A stretch of 64,000 bases of DNA from Azolla caroliniana (GCA_043228905.1 JBHGNT010000007.1:8308001-8372000), one strand, 5' to 3'. Counted from the stretch's first letter, positions 36,139 to 50,986 are shown. Program-made: numbers and translations. The notes: generated by a model from the letters alone, not told the origin.

Positions 36139-39100
36139 TGTTGAGAATCAAGCTCAACATAGCACAACGTGTGAACACACCTTTTGAGAATCAAAAGTCA
36201 AGAGTCACACAACTACTCTCTACACATTAACTATGTGTCATAGAATCATATTCTATGACACATAACTAATGAGTTACATATTCCCCATAACTATGAGTTT
36301 TCACATTCCCCAAGAGAGAGAGTGGTTGTTGTAAGTTAATGAAGAGAGAGGGTGACTCTATATAAAGCACCCTCCTTATACTTCATATTAAGTCGGTTGT
36401 GACTCCTTGTTATGCTACATTTTGTAATTCTTATTCTTGTAAAATATACACCTTCTTCTTGAGCATTCCTTTTTCTATCTATCTTGTGTTCTCTCATCTC
36501 TCCTCTAATTCCTCTCACACATACACATAACACACATCTCTTCCGCTACACAAGAATCATACCCGATTCTTTACATGGTATCAGAGCGATTTGGTAGCTC
36601 GATCTAGCCCATTCGCCTCATCGAGATCATGTGTTGTGCTCTACGCCGACATTCAAGAAGAACTGGCTCATCGCTATCGTAGTACCACTACATAGCTCGT
36701 GTTCGAGAGAGAAGAAAAAGAAGAAAGGAAGCTTAATCGACAATGAATACTCAAATGGGGAGCGCTCTCCCTAGCTAGAAGTGGGACCGAAACAACTTCG
36801 CATCTTGGGAGTACAAGATGCACCAATACCTTGTCGGCCAAGCCTATTGGGGTTACATCAAGGGAGCCCAAGAAAACCGACCCGACCCGGAAGACGCCAA
36901 GCCGACTATGCAACGTGGGAGCAAGTGGCAAGCCGAGTGATGTATTGCTTGGCGACATGTGTTCACGACCACATGCTCAGGTACATTCAAGAAGCCAAGA
37001 CACCAAAGGAAGCGTGGGAGAATCTACAAAAGAGTTTTGCTGCCAACACTACCACGAGAAAGCTTCAACTTCGCCAAGAGTTGAACAACATCCAACAAAG
37101 GGATATGTCCATCACAAGCTACACCTTGAAGATCAAGGAGCTTTGTGACTTGCTTGGCTCGATAAGCGTCAATGTGGACGATGATGAGATGGTGCAAATA
37201 TGCCTCAGCGGCCTTGCACCATGATTCGGCGCGATGCAGACCGTTGTACGAGCACAGGAGAATCCACCCTCCTTCGATCGTCAATCTATGTTGTTGGTCA
37301 AAGAAAACCATGTTCGAACGAGGAGCAATGCCTCGGAAGGCCACATGCTCTACACGCATTTGGACGGAGGAAGAGGACGTAGTCGTGCAAGAAGAGGCTG
37401 ATTCGGCCAAGGACAAGGCGGACAAGGCCCGACTTACGAAAACAGCTCGCAATTTCGGCATCAAGACGGAAGCCATCAAGGAACCTTCGGAAGAAGGGGG
37501 AACTTCCATTCTGGTCCAAACCGACAAAGCTCGGTCAAATGCGGACATTGTGGAAAAATAAGTCACCACGAAGAAGAATGCCATAAGAAGACACGCAAGT
37601 CGGCTTCCACTAGCCGACAACTCACCAACTATGCCATCAACTCCGACTATGACGATCGCAACGGAATGTTCGTGATGACACATAGAGAGAATTCTATGTC
37701 GGCCTCTACTTCTACTAGTGCCTCCGATTCGGAAGACGTATGGTTCGTCGATTCCGGTGCCTCGAACCATATGACTTCGCATCAAGAATGGTTCCAAGAA
37801 CTTCGAGACCCGGATCGACCCGGCTATGTCGAAACCGGAGATGACACTACGCACCCGATTCGGCACATTGGCAATGTTATGTTCGAAGAAGAAGGTAAGA
37901 AAACTTATATTTAAAATTTCTTACATGTACCAACTATCACGAAGAATTTGGTCTCCGTCGGCCAAATTGTAGAGCAAGGAATGCAAGTACAATTTAATCA
38001 AGGCGGTTGCTTCATCGAAAAAGAGGGCCGACTAATCGCTAGCGAACGAAGAGAGGGCCAAATGTTCATTCTTGACTCACGCAAGATGAAATAGGCCATG
38101 TTCGCAAAGGGCATGAAAGCCGATTCCGACATAGAGTTATGGCACAAGCGGATTGGCCATATCAACCTCCAAAAGCTCAAGGCAATGCAATCAAAAGGAG
38201 TCGTCATCGGGCTCCCGACATTCACGGAGAAAGAGATTGAAGGCGTGTGTGCCGCTTGCCAATTCGGCAAGCAACATCAGCACCCATTTTCGAAGGAGCG
38301 GAACATGAGCAAAGGCGTACTCGACATAATTCATTCCGATGTATGGGGTCTAGCTCAAACGGCGACATTCGGCGGATGCCGATACTACGTGACCTTCATC
38401 GACGACTTCTCTAGGCACACTTGGATCTACCCGATGCGACAAAAGAGCGAAGTGTTCGGACACTTCCAAAAATTCAAGAATGAAGTCGAGAAAGCCACGG
38501 GCCGACATGTACGATGTCTTCGGTCGGATGGAGGCAAGGAATATTTCTCGGATGACTTTACGGCATATCTACGGAAAGAAGGAATTCGGCGAGAGTTTTC
38601 ATGTCGACATACGCCACAACAAAACGGAGTGGCTGAACGAAAGAATCGGCACATCCTCGAAGTAGCACAGGCCATGATGAACGAGATGCACGTGCCAAAG
38701 TCGTACTGGGCAGAAGCGGCTAACACGGCCGTATACCTCATGAATCGGTGTACGACATCGGGTGTGCATGAACTTACTCCGCACGAGAAGTTCTTCAGAA
38801 AGAAGTCGGACCTATCACATGTTCGGATATTCGGCTCCAATGCATACGTGCACATCCCCGATGAGAAGCGACAAAAGCTCGACCCAAAGTCGGAGAAATG
38901 TACCCTCGTAGGATACTCACTAGAGCAAAAGGGGTACAAGTGCTATAACCCCTCAACTCGAAAATCTCGAGTAAGTCGAGACGTTGTTTTTGACGAGTCC
39001 ACATCTTGGTACACACCAAAGACAACTTCAACTCTGATTCCACTCGACCCGGAATACGCTGAAATAGAGATAGAAGCCGAAGATCGGCTCTCGTGCATGT

Positions 39101-39455
39101 TCGAAGAAAGCCCGATTACGACAAGGCTTAGTGGGCCACAAGAGCCCCCGAGCAATCAAAGCACATCTCAGTTAAGTCCGAAGCTGGACAAAGGGAAGGC
39201 AAAAATGCCGGAGTATAAAGACGATCACTTCGACGGAAATGAATCGACTCACTCCCTCAATAGTGAGTTCGAAGGCCTTGAGATCCGAACAAATGGAGCG
39301 GTGAAAGCCATAATATCCGCAAACGAGAAGCTCCGCCGATCCACCCTGTTACCCCGTACGAGATGTACGGAGAGTCAAGTGTGATGAACGAGGGTCGAAT
39401 GTTATCATGATGTTGTGTATGTGTAGGGGGCATAAATGTAATTGTGAGTCTATAC

Positions 39456-42400
39456 TGTTGAGCGGCAAGCTCAACCGGAGCCGGATCGGCTGAATAAGCC
39501 GGAGCCGGTAAGCGAGACGGATCGGGCGAAACGGATCGGTATTACGGTGAGCAACCGAACCGGCAAGCAGTGGAGGCCGGGTGCAATCCGTAACCGGAAG
39601 TCCAATCGGAAGCCTAGTATAGGATAGACTACTAGGTAGCTATAGTCTCATAGTAAGTGTCAGATGCTCGTGTGAGCATTGAAGTACATGGTACTTCTGT
39701 CAGTCCCAAGAGGACTTGTATAAATAGTGCTACTTAGCACAGTGTGTGTACAGAGTTTTGATATAATTTTGAAATTGTGTTCTGCTCTCTCTCTCTCTCT
39801 CTCTGTGTTGTTCTCTGTTTTACGCTTCCGCAAACACTTACGTTCACATGGTATCAGAGCGCGAGGGTTGAGAACCTCTGCTGCAGACATTTACTGTTGA
39901 GAAGAAAACCCTAACAGGTCGAAAACAGACACAGTAGAAGACATGGATAGAGGCATGGCTACGTCGCTCCCGGTGGAGAAGCTCGACAAGAGCAACTACG
40001 CATCCTGGTCTTACAAGATGCACCAGTACCTGCTTGGACACGGGTACTGGAGTTATGTCGAAGGAGCGAATGATGCGGCGCCCGACTCGGCACACAAGGA
40101 CTTCCCGGTATGGGAACAGGCGGCAAGCAGGGTGATGTACTGCTTCGCGTCCAGTGTCGGCGATCAACTGCTCAGCCACATCCGTGACGCCAAGACACCG
40201 AAGGATGCTTGGGGGAACCTGAAAAAGGTTTTCGCCGCAAGCACCACTGCCCGGAAGCTGCAACTCAGACAGGAGTTGAGCAATGTTCGACAAAAGAACA
40301 TGACCGTGGCAGACTACACGGGCCGGATAAAGGAGATCTGCGACTCGCTCGCCTCTATCAATGTTACTGTAGAGGAAGACGAGATGGTGCAGGTATGTCT
40401 CGGAGGCCTGGCGTCCAAGTTCGGAGCGTTCCGGACTGCGGTGTGTACAAGGGAGAATACCCCCTCATTCTTCAACTTACAATCGATGCTCCTTGTAGAG
40501 GAGAACCACGTCGGTGCATCTACCAGTGCATCCCCGGACAGCCGAATGTTGTACACGGGAACGGATCAGCTCCGTGGGCATGGTGGAAGAGGTGGGTCGG
40601 CACGCAATGGAGGCGGCCGGCAAGAGCAGGAACGGAGGCACTATGAACGTGCCGACAGTAGTTCCGGGACTTCCACAAGCAAGGGGAGTCAAGGCGGTGC
40701 CGGAGGCCGGCAAGACAAATCCGCTACAGAATGCTGGTACTGTGGCAAAAAAGGCCACAAGGAAAGCGAGTGCTGGAGAAAGCATGCCGATTCGGACAAA
40801 TCCGGATCCGGCAAGACCGGTAAGGATGGCCGGCAAAACTTGCACTACGCAAACGGATCAGGAGGATCCGGAACCGGAAAGGCCGGTAAGGGGCCAGCCT
40901 TGGTGATGAATCACAAGGCAAACTCAATGAAGAAGACCACTTCCAAAACGGAGGAAGTGTGGTATGTTGATTCCGGCGCGTCGAACCACATGACGAGCCA
41001 CAAAGAGTGGTTCTCCTTTCTGGAGAAACCGGATCAACCAGGAGTAGTCGAAACCGGAGACGACACTCCTCACCCAATTGTGCACGTCGGAGAAGTCCCT
41101 CTAAGCCACGTCGGACAGAAAGGGAAGCTGATGAACGTATTACACGTTCCGACAATCACGAAGAACTTGGTGTCCGTCAGTCAGATTGTCGACCAGGGGA
41201 TGCAGGTGCGGTTTACGCACCTCGGGTGCTTCATTGAGGATGAGGGCGAAGTCATTGTGCAAGGGCGCAGAGGCGGGAGGATGTTTATCCTCAACACCAA
41301 TGACTTTGGCACCGCTCTGTTCGCGAAACGACAGAAGGTCGAGTTGGACATCGACCTGTGGCACAAGCGGATAGGCCACGTCAACTACCGGAGGCTTCAA
41401 GACCTGCAAACGAAACAAGTCGTTTTCGGTTTGCCGAAGTTCAGCGGCCGGAGAGCCGAAATTTGTGAAGCCTACCAACTTGGGAAGCAACACCGGCTTC
41501 CATTCCCCACCGAACGGAACCGGAGCCGTAACAAGCTCGATCTCATCCATTCGGATGTGTGGGGACCGGCACAAAGTGTAAGCCTTGGCAGGAGCCGATA
41601 CTTCGTCTCCTTCATCGACGACAATACTCGATATACTTGGATCTACCTCATTGAGCGGAAGAGCGAGAGTTCAACTGCAAATACACACCGGAGCAAAACG
41701 GTGTGGCCGAAAGGAAGAACCGGACACTCGTCGAAGAAGCAAGAGCATGCCCCGGTTCTACTGGGCGGAGGCGGTCTGGACGGCCGTCTACATACAAAAC
41801 CGCATTGGTGACAAGGTGTCAGCTCATGAGCTGTATTTCGGGCGCAAGCCGAACTTAAGACACCTTCGGATATTCGGCAGCATAGTGTATGTGCATGTGC
41901 CGGATCCGAAGCGGAGAAAGCTGGATGCAAAATCGGAAAAATGCATCCTAGTCGGCTATGCTCAAGAGCAAAAGGGGTATAAGTGCTATAACCCCCGGAC
42001 GAAGGAAGTCCGAGTTAGCCGGGATGTCGAGTTCGATGAATCGGCATCCTGGTACTCCGTACCGACTCCGACTTCCGATCCCGACCCAATGCCGGAAGAT
42101 CAGGCCAATGAGCCTGAATCAGCCCTGGTAGAGGATGATGAAGCCGGGACTCAAGATGAGAGTCCGGAATCGTTACGGTTGAGTGGACCGAACGAGCGAC
42201 TGAGTCGGTTGGACCAGTCGGATGAAGAGACGGCAAGTGGTGGAGACTCTGCCGTGCTCTCCCCGCGCAAGGAACCGAGGAAACGGTTCACGCACAAAGA
42301 GAAGGGGAAGAGGAAGATGCCGGAATTCGAAACCGGCAACGATGAGTCGGATCGGTGCGTATCCGACTCCGGAAAGGAGAAAGGCGGATCTTCTGCAACG

Positions 42401-45133
42401 AAGACCGAACTGGCCAAGAAGGGCCTCAAATCAGGTGACGGTGCGTTGCGCCGATCAACCCGCCAGAAGGATCCCGTCATGCGGTACGGGTACAATGAAT
42501 ACATGGCGCATCATTATGCGTACATGACTAAGGTGACAGAAGTGCGTGAGCCGGAGAGCTACGCAGAAGCGGCAAAGGACGCAAATTGGTGTTCCGCTAT
42601 GGACGAAGAAATGCGGGCACTCGATGCCAACGAAACTTGGGACCTAGTTGATCCTCCCCGTCACTGTAAACCGATCGGATGCAAGTGGGTGTACAAGGTC
42701 AAGTACAACGCCGACGGTTCTGTTAACCGGTACAAAGCCCGGTTAGTGGCGAAGGGATACGCGCAGACCCACGGAATCGACTACGACGAGACCTTCGCTC
42801 CTGTGGCGAAGATGACGACGGTTCGTGTGGTACTAGCGGTTGCTGCGGCAAGGGGGTGGCATCTTCACCAGATGGATGTGAAGAATGCCTTCCTTCAAGG
42901 AGAGCTTGAAGAAGAAGTCTTTATGACTCAGCCCCCCGGATTTCAATCGGAGATGAACAAGTCAGCGGTATGTCGACTGAAGAAGTTGCTTTACGGCTTG
43001 AAGCAAGCCCCCCGAGCTTGGAACACGAAGATCACACACCGGTTGCGTAAGCTGGGGTTTGTTGTCTCTAAGTCGGACTCTTCGTTGTTCATCCGGCAAG
43101 GCTCTGACGGTCCGGTATGTATACTCTTGTATGTGGATGATTTAGTCATCACCGGACCGGGTCTTCCTGAAATCAACCGCGTCAAGTCCCAGTTGTCGAA
43201 CGCATTCGAAATGAAGGACCTGGGGGACCTTCATTATTTTCTTGGGATCGAAGTGCTCCGGACCCCCGACGGCATATTGCTCTCACAACGACATTACATG
43301 TTGAATATGTTGTATAAGTTCGGCATGACGGATTGCCGACCTATTTCCACAACCCTGGACCGGAACCAGAAGCTCCGTCCCAACTCCGGGCTGGCCTGCA
43401 ATGAGAAACGGTTCCGATAGGTTGTCGGAAGCCTGATCTACTTAACCATCACCCGACCCGACATCAGCTATCCGGTCGGCATGGTAAGTCAGTTCATGCA
43501 GAAGCCGAACGTGGAGCACCTTCAGTGCGCGCAACGAATATTACGGTATGTCAGCGGCACTAAGGACCGGGGACTGCTATACCGGCGAGGTATACCCGAA
43601 GAGCTTGTCGGTTACACAGATGCTGACTGGGTCGGCGATGCGTCTAATTGCCGCTCCACTTCCGGATACATGTTCTCCATAGGTAGCGCGGCCGTTGCGT
43701 GGAGCAGCAAGAAGCAGCCCACAGTGGCTTTGTCAAGCACTGAGGCTGAGTACCGGGCCGCTACCGTTGCCACTTGTGAAGCCATCTGGCTTCGGCGACT
43801 GCTGCGAGACTTGCAGATCGAGGTACCGACCCCGATCCCGATTTACTGCGATAACATGAGTAGCCTGCAGCTCGCCAGGAACCCTGTGTTCCATGTTCGC
43901 ACAAAGCACATCGAGGTGCACTACCACTTCGTGCGTGAGCGGGTCCTGAGCGGTGATGTTGACCTACGGTATGTTCATACGGATCGGCAAGTTGCCGACA
44001 TCTTCACCAAGCCTCTCAGATCAGACAAGTTGCAGCACTTTACCGACATGCTTGGTATTCAGCATCTCGACGTGCCGCACTTGAGGGGGAGAAGCAAGCG
44101 CAAAGTCTCTACCGAAATGGGCAAAGGCCAAAAAACTGTTGAACCCGTCGGTAAGAGGAGAGCCGGAAGAAGAGGAGACAAGAAGCTGAAGGAAGCCGAG
44201 TCGACGAAGGAAGTCGACACATCCGAACAAGTCGGAGCAAGTGGTTGTGAAGAAGAGTTGTGCACTCAGGAAGAGAAGTGCATGTTGTGCGGAGGTCATC
44301 ATGACGGTACTGACCATGATGCGGAGTCGAATGAAGAATTCGATTTCGGTTCACCAGCTGAAGAAGCCGAGGGAAGCATGGAGAAGGCCAAGACTTGGAA
44401 GTGGTCCGATGTGGTGAGAGGCCTAAAGCCGGAAGTCGAATCGGAGTGTACCGATTCGGACAAGAGCTGGAACGAGTCGGAGACAGCTGACTCGGATCAA
44501 CAGATGGATCCGGATGAGTCGGATCGACTGAAGGCCAAGGGGACACGGACACAGCGGAAGTCGATGCCATCGTGGGAGAACCGACGGATCGGCAAGCGCC
44601 GGAGTCACAGCAACGTGAGTGTTGAGATGGGCCTATTGAGCAGACATGCCGACCGAGAGGGTCGAGGCGCGCAGAACCAAAGGGGTCGCGGCAAACGGGA
44701 CCGGACCGGACCAGGAGCGCGAGCAAGGCGGAGTGACGCCAGGAGAAGTCGGTTGGAAGAACTGACTGCCACAGAGGTCGACACTATGACCCCACCTCAG
44801 GTTGAGCTTGAGGGGGAGTGTTGAGCGGCAAGCTCAACCGGAGCCGGATCGGCTGAATAAGCCGGAGCCGGTAAGCGAGACGGATCAGTATTACGGTGAG
44901 CAACCGAACCAGCAAGCAGTGGAGGCCGGGTGCAATCCGTAACCGGAAGTCCAATCGGAAGCCTAGTATAGGATAGACTACTAGGTAGCTATAGTCTCGT
45001 AGTAAGTGTCAGATGCTCGTGTGAGCATTGAAGTACATGGTACTTCTGTCAGTCCCAAGAGGACTTGTATAAATAGTGCTACTTAGCACTGTGTGTGTAC
45101 AGAGTTTTGATATAATTTTGAAATTGTGTTTTG

Positions 45134-45171
<38 letters not shown>

Positions 45172-45211
45172 TGTTCTCTGTTTTACGCTTCCGCAAACAC
45201 TTACGTTCACA
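39456..45211 (+). mobile_element. Ty1/copia retrotransposon C, young, nested in the LTR of B
   Basis: LTRs 39456-39848 and 44819-45211; TSD TATAC; PBS 39849-39860; PPT before 44819. Confidence 0.96.
39943..44824 (+). pseudogene. Copia gag-pol polyprotein (deletions in integrase core, stop at 43420)
   Basis: CWYCGKKGHKESEC, WYVDSGAS, LWHKRIGH, HQMDVKNAFL, YVDD, ADIFTKPL. Confidence 0.93.
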
Positions 45212-45374
45212 TATACGTATGTGAACACATGCACACGTGTGTGCATGTGGATGGATACAAGGAGGTGTGAGTGAGTGTCCAATATGAATGCTCGAGGGGG
45301 CTTACACCCCTATGTATCTACCCCCTCTTGTACTATTTAACCCCTTATGGGGAATGAATGAAACATGAATAACC

Positions 45375-45421
<47 letters not shown>

Positions 45422-48288
45422 ACATCTTTCTCTCTCTCCCCCTTAACGTTGAACCCCCTTGGGAGGGGGGTGGAGCCATTCTAGGCACCACCCCCCACCC
45501 CGCAATGCTTCTCAATGCTTGTCTTGCATCTTCATGATCTCTCACCATCATACCATTCATCATCTCCACCATTACACCATGTCTATCTTCATCATCACTC
45601 ATCATCATTATCATTATCATTAACCCTAACCCTAAAAACCTACAACACCTTTTGGCGACCACTAAGGCGACCCCCCTTTGGAGACGGAGTCAAAGAATGA
45701 TACGTGGCGATGCAAGTCAATAACGACAAAATATGCAAGAAATGGTGATGGTGATTGAAAGCCGTCGAGGAATGCAACAGGGTGATGTTGTGCGCAAGGA
45801 AGATGAAGAATGTTACGTGGTGATGATCTGCAAGAAATGGAATCGACAACAATATGCAAAAAATGGCGACCATGATGTGCATGAGAAACAAGAAATGACA
45901 GATTGAGTATCCGTGCCATGATTCTGATACAAATTAATGTCTATACAAGTGTATTTTGTTTGACATGTGATTGGTCTTTTTGGCTTGGATCTAATCGCAA
46001 AGAAAGAAGAAAAAAGCAAGGGAGAAATAAAGCCTATGATCTATGCGAGACCCAACCACCACATGTTGTATCTTCCAAAGATGCGAGAGTGCATTTCTAT
46101 CCACATATGACCGGACACACATGGCCAGAAAGCAACCGACTGGACCAAAGGGAATTGTTGGAACAAAGATGGAGAAGGCAATTAAGAAAGCGAAAGAAAT
46201 ACAAACCGACGTGGAAAGACACGACTAGTCAAATGGCCCGGAACAAGGAACCAGAAGTACAACCAAATGGGCAGAACTCGCCGGAACGGCCGGACAGCAG
46301 GCAAGAGTGGCCGGAGTGACCGGATAGCAGCCGAAGTGTCTAAGTGGCCGGACAACAATCGGAGCGACCGTAGAGAGGTCGGAATGGCCGAATAACGGCT
46401 AGACAGCGGCTGAAGAGCAACCGGGCAACAGTCTGAGCGGTTGGAGAGCGGTCAGAAGGGCCGGAAACCGGTCGGAATAATCGGATGCAAACAGGCGACC
46501 GAGACGACGGACCGGACGCACGACCGGAAGACAACAGACAAATGGCTAGGACAATAGCTGAACAACGACAGGAGTGGCGGCAAATAATCAGCGGCGGCAG
46601 CGAAAAATTAGCGACGAAGATGGTCGGACAACAAACGGCCGAGTAAAAGCGGTCAGACGAATGACGATGCCAAACAATGGCAAAACTGGCTGGACGAACC
46701 GGACAGACGAGCGGACGGGATGGACAAGCATCAGATAGCCGACGACCGGACAGATGGCGAGAGGAGGACTAGAATCGACGGACACGCCGGACACGCCAGA
46801 CAAAGCGACGGACGATGGCCGGAATAGCAAACATCGAATGGTTGTAGAAGCGGCCGAAAAGACACGACCAGAAGGGCCGAAGACAGAGACGGCAACCAAC
46901 TGACAGTCGACGGACAATAACGGCTAGACACAGCCGAACCGCGGCCGGAACGGAGGCCGGAAGAACAGCCGGATAGATGGCCAAATATTGACGAGTGAAT
47001 AGAGCGGTCATGCGACGAATCTCGGCCAAAACAGGCAGCCGACTGGAGACTGGCCGGACAGGCCTAGCGACGACGAGAAAGGGAGATGGTGATGACCAAC
47101 ACAGAGATGAAAGGCGTTGGGACGATGAATAGCAACGGCCACAGAAGCGACAACAATGAATATAGAAGGACGGAAACGATGACGGCAGCACAAAGAAGGA
47201 GATGACGTGCAAGCAAAGGGAGAGTGAAGGTCGTGTTTCCTCCCTACCCCGAAACGCAAAAACAGAACAAGGACGAAGTGGAAGAAACAGAGATAGAAGA
47301 AGAAACAGAGAGGTGGAAAATGGAACACAAGAAGGAAAGAAGAGGGGTATAGAAGAAGAAGAAGAACAGACAGAGAAAAGAAGAAGGGAAGCGGGAAACG
47401 AAAGCAGAAAGAAGTAGAAAGAGATGAGGGATACGCACAAGAGAGAGTGTAATAACGGACCACAACAATAACCTAGAGATAAAGACGAAGTCGGAGCATT
47501 ACAAAAACAAGAAGACAGGAATGGATAAAGAAGAAATTGAAGCAGAAGATAGGCCGGGAAGAAAAATAGAGAAAGGGCAAGAGAGAATGATAGGGGTATG
47601 GAACATAATTTTAAAACATGAGGGTATTTGATAATATTTCAAAAACAAAGGGTAGCAACCTAAAATTTCATAAACTTGAGGGCACTGACGAAATTGTAAA
47701 AACTCATCCACCTCGAGAAATGGATGTGATCAACAACGACAACAATGGATGTGATCAACAACGACAACTCACACAAAATTAAAGGAAGAACACACATACA
47801 CACAACGTGCTTTTGGACCCATGATGAAGTTCGTAAGCCGACAGAACGAGAATGTTTGTGTCGCGGACGATTTGTTAACCGACAAAGATGTTCGAGTCAA
47901 GCATTCCGATCGAGGGAGTCGATCATTGAAAGGACCGTTGGAAGTTCCGGTCGAAGAAATATCATCATCAAGGCATGTGGGATCGACGTGCAAGGCACTT
48001 TCCCACGGGCGTGCCATATTGTGTTACCCCGTACGAGATGTACAGAGAGTCAAGTGTGATGAGCGAGGGTCGAATGTTATCATGATGTTGTGTATGTGTA
48101 GGGGCCATAAATGTAATTGTGAGTCTATACGTATGTGAACACATGCACACGTGTGTGCATGTGGATGGATACGAGGAGGTGTGAGTGAGTGTCCAATATG
48201 AATGCTCGAGGGGGCTTACACCCCTATGTATCTACCCCCTCTTGTACTATTTAACCCCTTATGGGGAATGAATGAAACATGAATAACC

Positions 48289-48335
<47 letters not shown>

Positions 48336-50986
48336 ACATCTTTCTCTCTCTCCCCCTTAACGTTGAACCCCCTTGGGAGGGGGGTGGAGCCATTCTAGGC
48401 ACCACCCCCCACCCCGCAATGCTTCTCAATGCTTGTCTTGCATCTTCATGATCTCTCACCATCATACCAATCATCATCTCCACCATTACACCATGTCTAT
48501 CTTCATCATCAATCATCATCATTCTCATTCTCATTAACCCTAACCCTAAAAACCTACAACACACCCGTGAAAACAACCCCGTAAGCCGATTCGGTGACAA
48601 CGATTATATGGCATACCATTACGCCTTTATGATGAAGGTAGCAACAGTACGGGATCCGAAAACCTTTTCCGAAGCAGCGAAGCACCCGTGATTGTACGAA
48701 GCAATGAACGAGGAGATGCGTGCACTATGCAAGAACGAGACATGGGATCTCGTTCCCCACTCACCGCACAAGAAGGCAATTGGCAGCAAATGGATCTACA
48801 AGGTGAAGTATAATTCTGACAACTCCGTCAATCGCTACAAAGCTCGACTCGTAGCGAAAGGATACGCACAAACACATGGAATCGACTATGAAGAGACCTT
48901 TGCCTCGGTGGCGAAGATGACGACAGTCCAGACCATGATCCCACTTGCGGCGGAAAAAGGGTGGCACCTCCACCAAATGGACGTCAAGAACGCCTTTCTT
49001 CAAGGCGAATTAGAAGAGGAGGTGTACATTGTACAACCACCCGGCTTCGAATCACGTACTCATCTGAAAGCTGTGTGCCGACTTAAGAAGCCACTCTACG
49101 GCCTCAAGCAAGCACCGTGTGCTTGGCATTCGAAGATTACGCTATATCTTCATCAAATCGGCTTTCGAATGTCGAAATCCGACAACTCCCTCTACGTATG
49201 ACACGACTCTAGAAGCCTAATTGTCATCATCCTATACGTGGATGATCTAGTCATTGGAGGTGAAAGTCTAGTCAACATCAACAAGGTCAAGTCCCTCCTC
49301 TCCGGCAAATTCAAGATGACGGACATGAAGGAGCTCCATTACTTCCTTGGCATCGAAATAATTCGGATTTTGACCGGAATTTTGATCTCTCAATGTCACT
49401 ACATCCTCAACTTGTTATACAAGTTCGGGATGACTAAGTGGAAATCGGTCGCTATGCCTCTTGATCGAAACCTCAAACTAGATGCTAATTCCGGCACAGA
49501 CGAGTGCGAGCCGACCCAATATCGTCAACTGATCGGGTGCCTCATCTATCTCACGATCACTCGACCCAACCTTAGCTATCCAGTCAAACTCCTTAGCCAA
49601 TTCATGCAACCTCCGCGAGATATCCATTTCAATTGCGCTAAGTGAGTATTATGATACGTGAGCGGCACAATGGATTACGGCGTTCTCTACGCATCGGCCC
49701 CACCAATACGACTCAAAGGGTAAACAGACATGGATTGAGCAGGCTACAAAGCCAATCGACGATCGACCTCCGGATTTGTCTTCTCGCTCGGTAGCGAAGC
49801 AATATCTTGGAGTAGTAAGAAGCAGCCAATTGTAGCACTTTCGAATACGGAGGCCGAATACAGGGGTGCAGCCATAGTTGCATGTGAAGCCGTATGGCTC
49901 AAAACACATTCGCGTTCACATGTGGAAGGATTGTGCATTCCACTTGTAGAATCTTCTTGAAACTATCCAAATATACCCTCTCTACAAAAAATTGGATGCA
50001 CTAGTATCACATGTTCCACAACTTGATTAGAATTTGCAAATATAAAAATACATGATAGGTCTACAAGTGGAGATCATTAGAAATCATGCAAGTTTGGACG
50101 TGTTGATAAGTTAATGTAGGCATAATAAAGTTCAACAATGGCCCAATATGTCACTAATGTGCGACATGGGAAACACTAAGTTAAAGACTTATATTAATTT
50201 GGTAAGTTTTACAAAAATATGAGGTGTACTTGTAACCATACTAATAAAATGAGTTATAATTTATACTTTGACCCATACTTGCATGTATATAATTGTGGAC
50301 AATGTAGGATAGTGCACTTTAGGATAATGTGATTGGAATAACTAACTTATTAAAGTATTTAATACTTGTATTTAAAGTTGATCTAATCTATTCCTCAATT
50401 TGTTTGTATGGGATCAAACCATATGTATATAATTGTGGACAATGTAAGACAGTGAACTTTAGGATAATGTGGTGGAAATAACAAACCTATTAAGGCTTTC
50501 ATACTTGTATTTAAAATTGATCTAATCTATAGCTTAGGTGATTCACACGGGATCAAACTCCGAACGATAACGTTAGTGGAACTACAAGCGTATAAAAACA
50601 TGCGGATAACGCTAGTGGAACCATTATCAACACACTACACAATCTAAGCAGAAGTGGAAGAGAAACATAATAGTTTTAACAATAGAAGGCAAAGATCCAT
50701 AATAACAACATGGACAGTAATGGCAACAATTCTACGACCATGTTATGTTAAGGTAAACTTTGACCAAAATCAGCCTCAATTTAAACTAATTCATGTTTCT
50801 CCATAAATTTGGTAGTCAGGAATGCATGCGGTGAAACCAATGTCATAAGTCTACTAACCAAGTATATAAAAATAAAATTAAAACATATAGAAGATTATAA
50901 AGAATAGAATCCACCAAGTAAAACCCAAAATTTATATTAATAATGTGAAATTCAAACAATACATTTCACGTTTTTAAAAGAGTCTA

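Larger units (their letters stand above)
39347..48561. mobile_element. Non-autonomous LTR element B with two inward-facing PBS-like sites
   Basis: TSD CACCC; left LTR 39347-45647 (interrupted by copia C); right LTR 48022-48561; non-coding interior. Confidence 0.9.

Noticed and set aside
45621-45636. TAACCCTAACCCTAAA as an interstitial telomere
   Set aside because: Only about two units and part of the LTR (repeated at ~48535-48550)
45900-47720. ORFs in the interior of element B
   Set aside because: Explained by purine skew and low complexity; no domain motifs
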